Below are positions 1 through 9,285 of a stretch of DNA of 64,000 bases, in pieces. The position numbers were made by a program, and so were the translations under genes. Positions within the stretch are counted from its first letter, which is position 1. Every line of letters begins with the position of its first letter. The DNA comes from a bacterium (GTDB taxonomy: Bacteria; Zhuqueibacterota; Zhuqueibacteria; Residuimicrobiales; Krinioviventaceae). The notes beneath the pieces were generated by a model. The model made no database searches. It saw only the letters and a list, made by a program, of their open reading frames with translations, and was not told the origin of the DNA. The DNA is taken from the NCBI GenBank assembly GCA_963674595.2, contig CAXXFV010000006.1:64001-128000 (forward strand), given 5' to 3'.

Positions 1-321
1 ATGGTCTTTGATATCGCATTCATTCTTTTCGATCCGAACATAATTTAAAATTTCCGGATAATCTTTTTCCAGTGCCGGTCCCCAGGGCGCTGAGGCCAAA
101 GGGGCCTGACCATGCATTTCTTTATAGTCCCATTGCCTTTCGATTCGAACAATGTTTTCCAGATTTTTATTAAAAGTGTCATAACTTAATTCGTGCTGGA
201 CCCAATAATAGATCATAATACAAGCGGCTAATCCTATGGTTAGGCCAGATATGTTTATAAATGCATATAACTTGTTGCGCAGCAGATTTCTAAAAGCGAT
301 TTTCAAGTAATTTTTCAACAT
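1..321 (-). CDS. ABC permease (MacB/FtsX family), N-terminal part, truncated by the window edge
   Basis: Not in the ORF track. Hand translation from ATG at 321 gives MLKNYLKIAFRNLLRNKLYAFINISGLTIGLAACIMIYYWVQHELSYD..., the same N-terminal signature as the neighbouring permeases. The frame is open to position 1. Confidence 0.9.
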   Translation of the reverse strand, partial: MLKNYLKIAFRNLLRNKLYAFINISGLTIGLAACIMIYYWVQHELSYDTFNKNLENIVRIERQWDYKEMHGQAPLASAPWGPALEKDYPEILNYVRIEKNECDIKDH

Positions 322-333
322 TGCGAATTCACC

Positions 334-2670
334 TTATTCATATTTTAAAGTTTGTACCGGATTTGTCATAGCTGCTTTTAATGTATGAAAGCTGATTGTA
401 AACAAAGCCAACAGTATTGTTATCAGTCCTGTTATGAGAAATGGAGTTACTGAAAGATTTATGCGATAGGCATAGTTTTTCAGCCAGTTGTTGATAAATA
501 ACCAGGAAACAGGCCAGGCTATTAAATTTGCTAAAAGAACCCATTTTGAAATGTTTTTGTAAAAGAGCAAAAGAATAGCCGGTACCGAGGCCCCGGCTAC
601 TTTACGGATTCCGATTTCTTTTGTCCGTCGCTCGACCATAAAGATAGACAATCCAAAAAGTCCCATACTGGAAATAATAATAGTTAACAGAGCAAATGAT
701 GTGAATAATTTTCCCAGTTGTTGCTCAGATTGGTAAAGTGACTCAAAATCCTGGTCCATAAAATTATAAGAAAACGGGAATCCCGGGGCAATGCTGTTTA
801 TTGTTTTTTCGATATGTTGTAAAGATGCCTCTATTTCTGATGGTTTTATTTTTATGGCCAGATAATTATACCACCTGGGATCAAGATCAAAGGCACAGGG
901 TTTAATTTCAGAGTGAAGAGAATTGAAATTAAAATCTTTAATAACACCGATAATGCGGCCGTTACCTGATATGGATTTCCCTACGGGATTTTCGAGTCCC
1001 ATTTGTTTAACCGCCGTTTCGTTGATAACAAAACCCAGGCTGTCTGATGCAATATCCTCTGAAAAAAATCTGCCGGCGGCCATATTTATTTGAAACGTTT
1101 CAGTAAAATCAGGAGATACCGAAATAATATTCATCAAAATTGATTTTTGCTGATCGTTTCCTTCCCATTGATTAACATCGATACTTGCAAAGGCTTTTAT
1201 ACCAATTTTGTCTGATAGAACAGCGACATGAGTTATAGATGGTTTTTTAAGCAATTCATGTTTGATGGTATTGACTTTTGATTTACTCTCTCTATTTAGA
1301 GGAACAAATACAATGTGACTTTTCTCAAATCCCGGATTTTGTGCACGAAGATAATTCAGTTGACGTGAGATAAAAAGAGTCGCAACGATTAATATAGCTG
1401 TCATTGTAAATTGGAAAATAACAAGAACAGACCGGAACAAAGATGAACCGGAGGCCTGTTTACCTTTAAAAATAGCCACTGGTTTCAGTGAAGACAAATA
1501 CAAAGCCGGATAACTACCGGAAATAATGCCGGTAAATATAGATAGTATTAAAAGAGCGCCTATGAGCGGTAAGTTGTGCAGGATATTAAAGGTCAGATAT
1601 TTACCTGAATACTGGTTAAAGACCGGTACTAACAACTTGACAATTAACAGGCTTGAAAACAGTGATAAAATTGTGATAAAAACAGCTTCCAGATAAAACT
1701 GGATTGTCAGGTCCAGTTTGTTTGCACCGACAACTTTACGCAATCCGATTTCTTTTGTTCGAACAGATGTTCTCGCCGTGGTCAGGTTCATAAAGTTAAT
1801 ACAGGCAATGAGCAAAACAAATACGGCAATAACGGTAAAAATATAAATATAGGTAATGATACCGCCGCCGTTGATATTGCGGATATGTATGTCTTTTAAG
1901 GCCTGAAGGTATAATTTCGGTTTCCACTTGAAAGTAGCGGACTGTGCGGCAAAGTCTGCAATTTTGGTGTTCAAGTCGCTCACATTCGTATTCTCATTGA
2001 GCAATACAAATGTATTATAGCCCCATTCGTGCCAATTATTTTCATCACCGCTTCCCATCAATTCTTTATAATGTTTAAAGGGAAAAAACAGTTCACATTG
2101 AAAATAACTGTTTTTCGGAATGTCTTTAATAACGGCTGTTATTTTAAAATCGGTTTTATTGTTTACCGTAATTATTTTATCCAGAGGTTCCGTATCGCCA
2201 AACAGTTTGTGCGCCATTGTCTCCGTAATAACAACAGAGTAGGGAAGTGTCAGAGCAGATTGCTTGTCTCCTTTAACAAAATCATAGGAAAAAATATCAA
2301 AAAAATCGGGATTGGCAAAACTACTCTTTGTTTCTAAAACTGATTCGTTTCGAGTGATCAGTAACCTGTCCTGCAATTTATAGGTTGTTGATTTTGTGAT
2401 TTCAGGAAATTTATTTTTTATCGCCTTTGCCAGGGCCGTCGGTGTGGAGGCATAATTGCGCATTTCTTTATATGTGGCATCTTTTAAATTGACTCTGTAA
2501 ATGGAACCTGTGTTTTTATGAAACGAGTCATAGCTTAATTCATGCTGAATCCACACCATGATAAAAACGCAAACCGACAATCCGGCTGTTAATCCGATTA
2601 TATTGATAAACGTAAATAATTTCTGTTTACGCATAATTCGTAATATTATTTTTAAATGATTGAAGAGCAT
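334..2670 (-). CDS. ABC transporter permease, duplicated MacB_PCD + FtsX architecture
   Basis: 778 aa; motifs INIIGL, ELSYD, IACINFMNL...KEIGLRKVVGA, second half RTKEIGIRKVAGAS, C-terminal NPVQTLKYE. Confidence 0.95.
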   Translation of the reverse strand: MLFNHLKIILRIMRKQKLFTFINIIGLTAGLSVCVFIMVWIQHELSYDSFHKNTGSIYRVNLKDATYKEMRNYASTPTALAKAIKNKFPEITKSTTYKLQDRLLITRNESVLETKSSFANPDFFDIFSYDFVKGDKQSALTLPYSVVITETMAHKLFGDTEPLDKIITVNNKTDFKITAVIKDIPKNSYFQCELFFPFKHYKELMGSGDENNWHEWGYNTFVLLNENTNVSDLNTKIADFAAQSATFKWKPKLYLQALKDIHIRNINGGGIITYIYIFTVIAVFVLLIACINFMNLTTARTSVRTKEIGLRKVVGANKLDLTIQFYLEAVFITILSLFSSLLIVKLLVPVFNQYSGKYLTFNILHNLPLIGALLILSIFTGIISGSYPALYLSSLKPVAIFKGKQASGSSLFRSVLVIFQFTMTAILIVATLFISRQLNYLRAQNPGFEKSHIVFVPLNRESKSKVNTIKHELLKKPSITHVAVLSDKIGIKAFASIDVNQWEGNDQQKSILMNIISVSPDFTETFQINMAAGRFFSEDIASDSLGFVINETAVKQMGLENPVGKSISGNGRIIGVIKDFNFNSLHSEIKPCAFDLDPRWYNYLAIKIKPSEIEASLQHIEKTINSIAPGFPFSYNFMDQDFESLYQSEQQLGKLFTSFALLTIIISSMGLFGLSIFMVERRTKEIGIRKVAGASVPAILLLFYKNISKWVLLANLIAWPVSWLFINNWLKNYAYRINLSVTPFLITGLITILLALFTISFHTLKAAMTNPVQTLKYE

Positions 2671-2691
2671 TTCGTTCTCCTGATATTTCTT

Positions 2692-4194
2692 TTAATCCTG
2701 AAAATGTGTTTGAAAAAATGAAAAAAACTCCGGGATCATTTGATACCACTCGTCATGATGATGTCCGCCATCAAAAAGGACATATTTATGATCCATGCCT
2801 TTTGTTTGTAATAACGAATGAAATTCTTCCGCCACCTTGTTTAATCCCAGTTCATCACTGTTGCCGCAGGTTATAAAAATATTTTGTTTAATTTTTTGCT
2901 GAGAATTGGAAACGATATAAAAGGGATTTTTTTCTACATATTCTTTTTGGGGTCTGTGCAGAACGCCGGAAACAGATACGACAGCTTTAAACCTGTCCGG
3001 ATACCTCAGTCCGAAACTCATGGCGGCAGTGCCACCGTTTGATAAGCCGATGATCCCGCAGGTGTTTTCGTTGACCCGATATTTACTTTCAACACAGGGT
3101 ATCAGTTCCTGGATAAAACTTTTTTCCAGATTTTTACCCGTTAAAGGCTCTACAAGAAACCTGGAACCTCGTGATCCCTGAGTGCCAATCAGGATAAAGG
3201 GTTCAACCTTTTTGGATAGGATCAAGTCATTATATATTTGATCCAGTCGACCGTTAACCAATGTTCCGTATATTTCGCTTCCGCCGCCAAAAGCGTAAAT
3301 AACCGGATATTTTTTGTTTTTATTCGTATAATAATCGGGCGGCAAGTACACACCGAAAACCCGTTCCTCGGATAAAATATCTGATTTATAATAATCCCTT
3401 ATCAAATAAAACGGCTGTTTTATTAATTCGCCATTTTGCAAAAAAAGTTCGTCAATAAAAATCCTTTTTGAAGATTGATAATCCATTTCAATTTGAAATA
3501 AATATTGACTTGTTCCGGAATTTTCTTTTTTGCCCAATGGTTGAATTTCAATGTGCCGGGGAAATTCACCGAATAATTGATAATCGTTTTTTAACTTCAA
3601 CTGTTCAAAAGAGAGGTCTGTGCTACCGGATAATTGACTGATTATATTTTCAACAAGAGGTTTCCAGGCATCTGTTTTAGGAGTATAGGGCAGGTACTGG
3701 TTGTTTTTAATAAAATCCTGTAATTTTATAATTGATGGAATTCTATTATAAAACCCGCCGCGTTTGGAATTATTTTCAATTATAAAAGAGAGCTTTACCT
3801 CTTTATTAGTATTTATAGAAGCCGGAATGTAGAATAGCGAATTCTTCCAGTTTTCAATCCGGAATAAAGGCGAAAGTGAACCGCAGGTGCCAACCAGGGA
3901 ATCGTTCCAATTGGCTTTAACAGCTTCACCAACTTTACCAATCATCAGTATTAAATCCGTGTTTACAAAATCGTCGGGAATCGTTTCGCGTATTGAAACA
4001 TTAAATTTTCCGATTTGCTCAAAGAGTAATTTGTCAGTAGGCTTTTCAATTTTAATCTGTGATTGCTGCGAGGGTGATGACTCTGCTTGAATGGTGTAAT
4101 TGCCGGTTAATTCTAACATATCCTGACTGGAAGAGATTTGACAGGTACAGAACACAATCACTAAAAATAGAAAGATATAACGTTTTTTATTCAT
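2692..4194 (-). CDS. Secreted alpha/beta-hydrolase (putative esterase, Fes/XynB-like C-terminal domain)
   Basis: Signal-like N-terminus; VYLPPDY...KYPVIY, nucleophile elbow GLSNGG, CGNSDELG, C-terminal GGHHH. Confidence 0.8.
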   Translation of the reverse strand: MNKKRYIFLFLVIVFCTCQISSSQDMLELTGNYTIQAESSPSQQSQIKIEKPTDKLLFEQIGKFNVSIRETIPDDFVNTDLILMIGKVGEAVKANWNDSLVGTCGSLSPLFRIENWKNSLFYIPASINTNKEVKLSFIIENNSKRGGFYNRIPSIIKLQDFIKNNQYLPYTPKTDAWKPLVENIISQLSGSTDLSFEQLKLKNDYQLFGEFPRHIEIQPLGKKENSGTSQYLFQIEMDYQSSKRIFIDELFLQNGELIKQPFYLIRDYYKSDILSEERVFGVYLPPDYYTNKNKKYPVIYAFGGGSEIYGTLVNGRLDQIYNDLILSKKVEPFILIGTQGSRGSRFLVEPLTGKNLEKSFIQELIPCVESKYRVNENTCGIIGLSNGGTAAMSFGLRYPDRFKAVVSVSGVLHRPQKEYVEKNPFYIVSNSQQKIKQNIFITCGNSDELGLNKVAEEFHSLLQTKGMDHKYVLFDGGHHHDEWYQMIPEFFSFFQTHFQD

Positions 4195-4243
4195 TATTTA
4201 ATACCTCGTTTTTACGTGTATTATAATTTTGTACAGGATCGTT

Positions 4244-4423
4244 TTACTCATACCTCAAACTCTCCACCGGATTGGCGGTAGCTGCACGGACCGTTTGAAA
4301 ACTGATCGTTAATAAAGCGATAACCAGTGCAGATACCCCTGCCAGCAAAAACGGCCAGATGGTTAAATCAATTCGATAGGCAAAGTTTTGCAGCCATTTG
4401 TTCATAGCGTACCAGGCAAGGGG
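4244..4423. repeat. Permease 3'-tail repeat, copy A
   Basis: 176/180 identical to 9097-9276 by manual alignment; similar to 6751-6939 and 13400-13552. Confidence 0.95.
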
Positions 4424-6706
4424 CCAGGCGATGAGGTTGGCGATTAAAATCAATACTAATAATTCTTTGATAAGGAAATTGATGATATTTGGTATTGATG
4501 CGCCAAATATTTTTCGTATCCCAATCTCTTTTGTCCTTTTTTCAGTAGTAAATGCAATTAAACCGTATAGACCCAAACAAGCGATGATAATAGCCAGAGA
4601 GGATGAGAGATTCAAGAGCAAAATTGTTTTTAATTCGGATTTGTATATTTTTTCAAAATGTTCATCCAAAAAGAAAAATTCAAAGGGACGGTCTGGAAAA
4701 TGCTCCGGCCATTTTTTTGCCATATAGTGTAAACATTCTGAAACCTGAATTGGATTAATTTTGACTGAGAGATATTTTCCCCAGCCGATATAAAAAACAA
4801 GCGGTTGTATTTTTTTATAAACAGGCGCAAAATTAAAATCTTTAACCACACCGATGACTCTGCCAGGTTTGTTTTGTGACCATGCTGAATGAAATATTTT
4901 GTTGATCGGCTCTTCCCATCCAATTGTTTTGACGGCTGTTTCATTCACTATATAAGCATGTGTTGCATCTGTTCCATAGTCTTGAGAAAAATCTCTTCCT
5001 TTAATAATTTCAAAATTATATGTTTTTATAAAATCGTAATCTACTCTAATTGTTGGAAAACTGGTTTTATTATCATGTTGTTCCAGCATTACTGGTGCGT
5101 CACTGTACTTGTTGCCTTCCCACCAAAATCGCATTGAACGTTTACCTGTCATACCACTTGGAAAGTCTGAAGAAGCAGAAACGTTTAAAATCCCGTTATG
5201 TTGTTCCAGTTGTTTTTTATATGACAGATGTTTTTGTTTACCCCAGTTTCCCCGAAGCGGAATTACCAGAATTTGGTTTTTAAACACACCAAGTTGTTTT
5301 TTATGCATATATTTCAGTTGATTTGCAAAAATTAACGTTGTACATATTAATGCAATACAAATTACAAATTGCGAAACGACTAGAACCTTTTTAAAAGTGA
5401 ATTTGGTATGTCTATTTGAAAAGGCCTTTTGGAAAACGGAAACAGGATGAAAACCGGACAGGAACACTGCGGGGTACCATCCAGCAATTAAACCAAGAAA
5501 GAGTGTGATAATCAGAAAACCCAATATAAGGGGCCAGTTTTGAAAATAATGCAATGTCAGGTTCCGGTCCACAAGTTGACTGAAAAAGGGTAATATTAAT
5601 TCCGTTAAAAGCAAAGCGGCAATAAAAGCAAAAATCGCTGTAAATAGTGATTCGCCAAGAAATTGTATAATTAAAGATTTACGTTGTGCTCCAATGACTT
5701 TACGAACCCCTATTTCATGCGCTCGATTTTCAAAACGGGATGTTGATAAATTCATATAATTGATACAGGCAATAACAAGAATTAAAAGGGCAATAACAGA
5801 TAGCATTATTATTTGCCTGTAATTTTCATTGGTTTCAAGGCCGTTCCTCCCCATTATATAAAGATGTGTTTTGGTGAGTGGCTGGAAAGCCGGAAGCCTT
5901 GTAATTTCTTTGGGATAATCCGGGCTCGGATGTTTATTAGCAAATTCAATGAGTTTATTTTCCAATGTTGAGGGTGAATGCTTTTTATCCATTAACACAA
6001 AAGATTTAAAAGTATTTGATCTGCGCCATCTGTCCCAGGGTGAAGGAGAAATCCCAATCACCTCTTCAGCGCAGGACATGGACGCCAGAAAGTCAAATTT
6101 TATGTGTGAATTATCCGGAATATTTTTTAATACGCCTGTAATTGTAAAATCGAATTTTTTAAATTGATTGTCATATACAATAATTTTACCAACAGGGTTT
6201 TCGTCTCCGAAATATTTTTCAGCCATTTGTTCAGTCAATACGATGGAATAGGGATTGACAAGCGCTGTCCTTGGGTTACCTTGTATTAAGGGGTATGTAA
6301 ATATTTCAAATACTGTTGCATCTGCAAAAAGTATATGTTCTTCATAAAACCGATTTTCGCCGTAGGACAGTAATATTTTTTGTTCGTTTCTCAAAGGGGC
6401 ATATATTGCGCTTGTAAACCGACAATAATTTAGAATTTCCGGAATTTCATCACAAATTGCCGGTGTCATGGGTGCCGATGTTTCTGCAAAGAAAATTGAA
6501 TCTGGTCCTCGACGTATTTCTGTATGGACTTTATAAATGCAATCTGCATTTTCGTGAAACCGGTCTGAACTTGCCTCATGATACGCGTAAATAAAAATCA
6601 TAAATGCAACTGTTAATCCGACCGACATACCAAAAACATTTATTAAAGTAAATGCTTTATGTTTTAACAAGTTTCGAAGTGCAATTTTCACATAATTTTT
6701 TAACAT
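4244..6706 (-). CDS. ABC transporter permease (MacB/FtsX duplicated)
   Basis: 820 aa; MLKNYVKIALRNL, IACINYMNL, EIGVRKVIGA, ANPVESLRYE. Confidence 0.95.
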   Translation of the reverse strand: MLKNYVKIALRNLLKHKAFTLINVFGMSVGLTVAFMIFIYAYHEASSDRFHENADCIYKVHTEIRRGPDSIFFAETSAPMTPAICDEIPEILNYCRFTSAIYAPLRNEQKILLSYGENRFYEEHILFADATVFEIFTYPLIQGNPRTALVNPYSIVLTEQMAEKYFGDENPVGKIIVYDNQFKKFDFTITGVLKNIPDNSHIKFDFLASMSCAEEVIGISPSPWDRWRRSNTFKSFVLMDKKHSPSTLENKLIEFANKHPSPDYPKEITRLPAFQPLTKTHLYIMGRNGLETNENYRQIIMLSVIALLILVIACINYMNLSTSRFENRAHEIGVRKVIGAQRKSLIIQFLGESLFTAIFAFIAALLLTELILPFFSQLVDRNLTLHYFQNWPLILGFLIITLFLGLIAGWYPAVFLSGFHPVSVFQKAFSNRHTKFTFKKVLVVSQFVICIALICTTLIFANQLKYMHKKQLGVFKNQILVIPLRGNWGKQKHLSYKKQLEQHNGILNVSASSDFPSGMTGKRSMRFWWEGNKYSDAPVMLEQHDNKTSFPTIRVDYDFIKTYNFEIIKGRDFSQDYGTDATHAYIVNETAVKTIGWEEPINKIFHSAWSQNKPGRVIGVVKDFNFAPVYKKIQPLVFYIGWGKYLSVKINPIQVSECLHYMAKKWPEHFPDRPFEFFFLDEHFEKIYKSELKTILLLNLSSSLAIIIACLGLYGLIAFTTEKRTKEIGIRKIFGASIPNIINFLIKELLVLILIANLIAWPLAWYAMNKWLQNFAYRIDLTIWPFLLAGVSALVIALLTISFQTVRAATANPVESLRYE

Positions 6707-6750
6707 AATTCATCCCACTTAAACAAAATTATACTTCCAGATTCTATAGT

Positions 6751-6939
6751 CTACTCATACCTTAAACTCTCCACCGGATTGGCCGTGGCTGCCCGGACCG
6801 TTTGAAAACTGATCGTCAGTAAGGCAATTACCAGCGCTGCTAATCCTGCCAGCAAAAACGGCCAGATCGTTAAATCAATTCTGTAAGCGAAACTTTGCAG
6901 CCATTTGTTCATAGCGTACCAGGCAAGGGGAGCGGCGAT
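6751..6939. repeat. Permease 3'-tail repeat, copy C
   Basis: About 87% identical to 9097-9276 by manual count; also shares the further AGCGGCGAT with that copy. Confidence 0.9.
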
Positions 6940-9078
6940 TCCAAGTGCTACGAATACACTAATGGTTATTTTTTTTGTAAATAGAACTAAAATATGTAAA
7001 ACAGAAGCTCCGTTGACACGCCGGATACCGATTTCTTTGGTTCGCTGTTCTGTAGAAATTGCGGTTATACCAATAAGTCCAAGACAGGCAAGGAAAATAG
7101 ACAGAACAGTAAATACATAAAAAAGATGTTCAAGACGAACTTCAAAACGATAGAGATTATCAATATAATTATCAAGAAATTGCCCATCCAAAGGCCATGC
7201 GGGTATAATTGATTTCCAGGTTTTTTCAATATCTTTGATTGTGCTGAAATCTGCGTGTCCATTCAACTTTACGATTATTGATAGGAACCTATTCTTTTCC
7301 ATCAATTCTATATATGTCGGGAGCTGTTTTTCGTGTAAGGAAAAATAATTAAAATCCTTTATGACGCCGACGACCTCTTTACCACCGTGAAATGTTTTTC
7401 CAACAGGATTTTTCCAGTTTAGTGTTTTAACGGTTGATTCTGTTAGAATGATCGCATTACTGTCGCTATAGCCTGGGAAGAAAAAACGTCCTTCAATGAG
7501 TTCAAAGTTCATAGTCTGTAAAAAATTGTCTCCAACTTCCAGTTCCTTAAAACTCATTTGTTCACCGGGTTCTTGTTTCCTTATTACGAGGTTACATCGT
7601 CCTCCTGCGTTTACAGGTGTTTGGCCGTAACTTATGGCCGAAATATTAGGATGTTGAAGCAATTGGTCTTTTAATGCATTATAATCACCCTCATCAAAAT
7701 TGATCCTATAATGTATGTTGATCATATATATATTATCTTTACGGAATCCCAGGTTTTTATTGTGTATAAAGTGAATTTGTGTTCGCATCAAAGCCAAAGT
7801 CGTTAATAGTATTATCGCGATTGTAAATTGAACCGTAATGAGTATTGATCGCATGATATGATTTTGTTTTGGCGGCGCTGATTTTCCAAGAATTGTCAAA
7901 GGATCTGTTCCGGCTGCAAGCCAGGCGGGGTAGAGGCCCGACAACAGTGTTGTTATCACAAGAATTATCAAAGCAAAAATATAAAAGAAAAAATTATTCC
8001 ATAGTCGTGTTTGATAATCAATACCGATAATATTTTGTAAAACCGGATTAAGAATATGCATGAGGAGAATCGCTAATAACAAACTTGTTAATGAAATAAT
8101 AAATGATTCTGTTAAAAATTGTACGATAAGGCTGCTTTTATTGGCATTGAAAATTTTTCGTATTCCTATTTGTACACGTTTTTGTACTTGTTGCGCTATA
8201 GTTATATTGATGATGTTTATACATGCAATTAAAAGTATGAGAATAGCGATTGCTGTAAAAAGAAAAATATATATCTGCGGCAAAACCTTTGCATACTCGT
8301 CTTTAACTTGCGATTGTAAATGTATGTCACTAATCTGCTGCAATTCCAGTTTCTTACAAGCATCGTTTTTTATGGTTTTTATGAATTCATTCAGGTTTAT
8401 ATTGAGTTGTGCTTTTGGAACCGTGGTCGGCTTTTTAATATAAATAATTGGTCCATAATAAGTCCAGCTATCAAGATTTTGGGACCATCTGGACCAGCTT
8501 AAAATTGCATCAAATTGCATGTGACAATTTGTTGGAATGTCTTGGATGACAGCCGTAACTGTGTAGTTTTGAGAATTATCAATTTTAACAATGTTGCCAA
8601 CAGGATTCTGTTCTCCAAACAGTCTTTTAGAAAGGCTTCTTGTAAGCACGAGACTGTTTGGAGCTTCAAGTGCACTCTCTGGATTACCCTGTATGAATTC
8701 GAACGAAAAGACGTTAAAAAAGTTTGCATCCGCTCGCCAGTTTTTAATATTCTGAAGAGTTTTATCCTTATAGGAAAATATTTCACCACCATAAATTTCC
8801 ATTCTGGTTAGAATTGTTGATTCGGGCAAGTATGTATTAATCGCATTGTATAAAAGAAATGAGGTTCGTATTTGGTCATTTTGTATTAAACGATAGATGT
8901 TATCATAATCTTTAAAAAATCTATCAAAATTTTTTTCGTGTTGAATATATGCAAAAATCGTAAAAAAACATGCTATTCCAACAGCTAAACCAATGATGCT
9001 TAAAAGTGAGTATAGTTTTTGATTTTTAATCGACCGAATTGCGTATTTTATGATGTTGAAAGTCATGTTTTCTCCCAT
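6751..9078 (-). CDS. ABC transporter permease (MacB/FtsX duplicated)
   Basis: 775 aa; IACINIINI, QIGIRKIFNA, RTKEIGIRRVNGAS, ANPVESLRYE. Confidence 0.95.
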   Translation of the reverse strand: MGENMTFNIIKYAIRSIKNQKLYSLLSIIGLAVGIACFFTIFAYIQHEKNFDRFFKDYDNIYRLIQNDQIRTSFLLYNAINTYLPESTILTRMEIYGGEIFSYKDKTLQNIKNWRADANFFNVFSFEFIQGNPESALEAPNSLVLTRSLSKRLFGEQNPVGNIVKIDNSQNYTVTAVIQDIPTNCHMQFDAILSWSRWSQNLDSWTYYGPIIYIKKPTTVPKAQLNINLNEFIKTIKNDACKKLELQQISDIHLQSQVKDEYAKVLPQIYIFLFTAIAILILLIACINIINITIAQQVQKRVQIGIRKIFNANKSSLIVQFLTESFIISLTSLLLAILLMHILNPVLQNIIGIDYQTRLWNNFFFYIFALIILVITTLLSGLYPAWLAAGTDPLTILGKSAPPKQNHIMRSILITVQFTIAIILLTTLALMRTQIHFIHNKNLGFRKDNIYMINIHYRINFDEGDYNALKDQLLQHPNISAISYGQTPVNAGGRCNLVIRKQEPGEQMSFKELEVGDNFLQTMNFELIEGRFFFPGYSDSNAIILTESTVKTLNWKNPVGKTFHGGKEVVGVIKDFNYFSLHEKQLPTYIELMEKNRFLSIIVKLNGHADFSTIKDIEKTWKSIIPAWPLDGQFLDNYIDNLYRFEVRLEHLFYVFTVLSIFLACLGLIGITAISTEQRTKEIGIRRVNGASVLHILVLFTKKITISVFVALGIAAPLAWYAMNKWLQSFAYRIDLTIWPFLLAGLAALVIALLTISFQTVRAATANPVESLRYE

Positions 9079-9096
9079 AGAACGATATTTTTAGTA

Positions 9097-9285
9097 TTAC
9101 TCATACCTCAAACTCTCCACCGGATTGGCTGTAGCTGCCCGGATTGTTTGAAAACTGATCGTTAATAAAGCGATAACCAGTGCAGATACCCCTGCCAGCA
9201 AAAACGGCCAGATGGTTAAATCAATTCGATAGGCAAAGTTTTGCAGCCATTTGTTCATAGCGTACCAGGCAAGGGGAGCGGCGAT
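9097..9285. repeat. Permease 3'-tail repeat, copy B
   Basis: Contains a 131-nt run fully identical to copy A (9146-9276 = 4293-4423). Confidence 0.95.
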
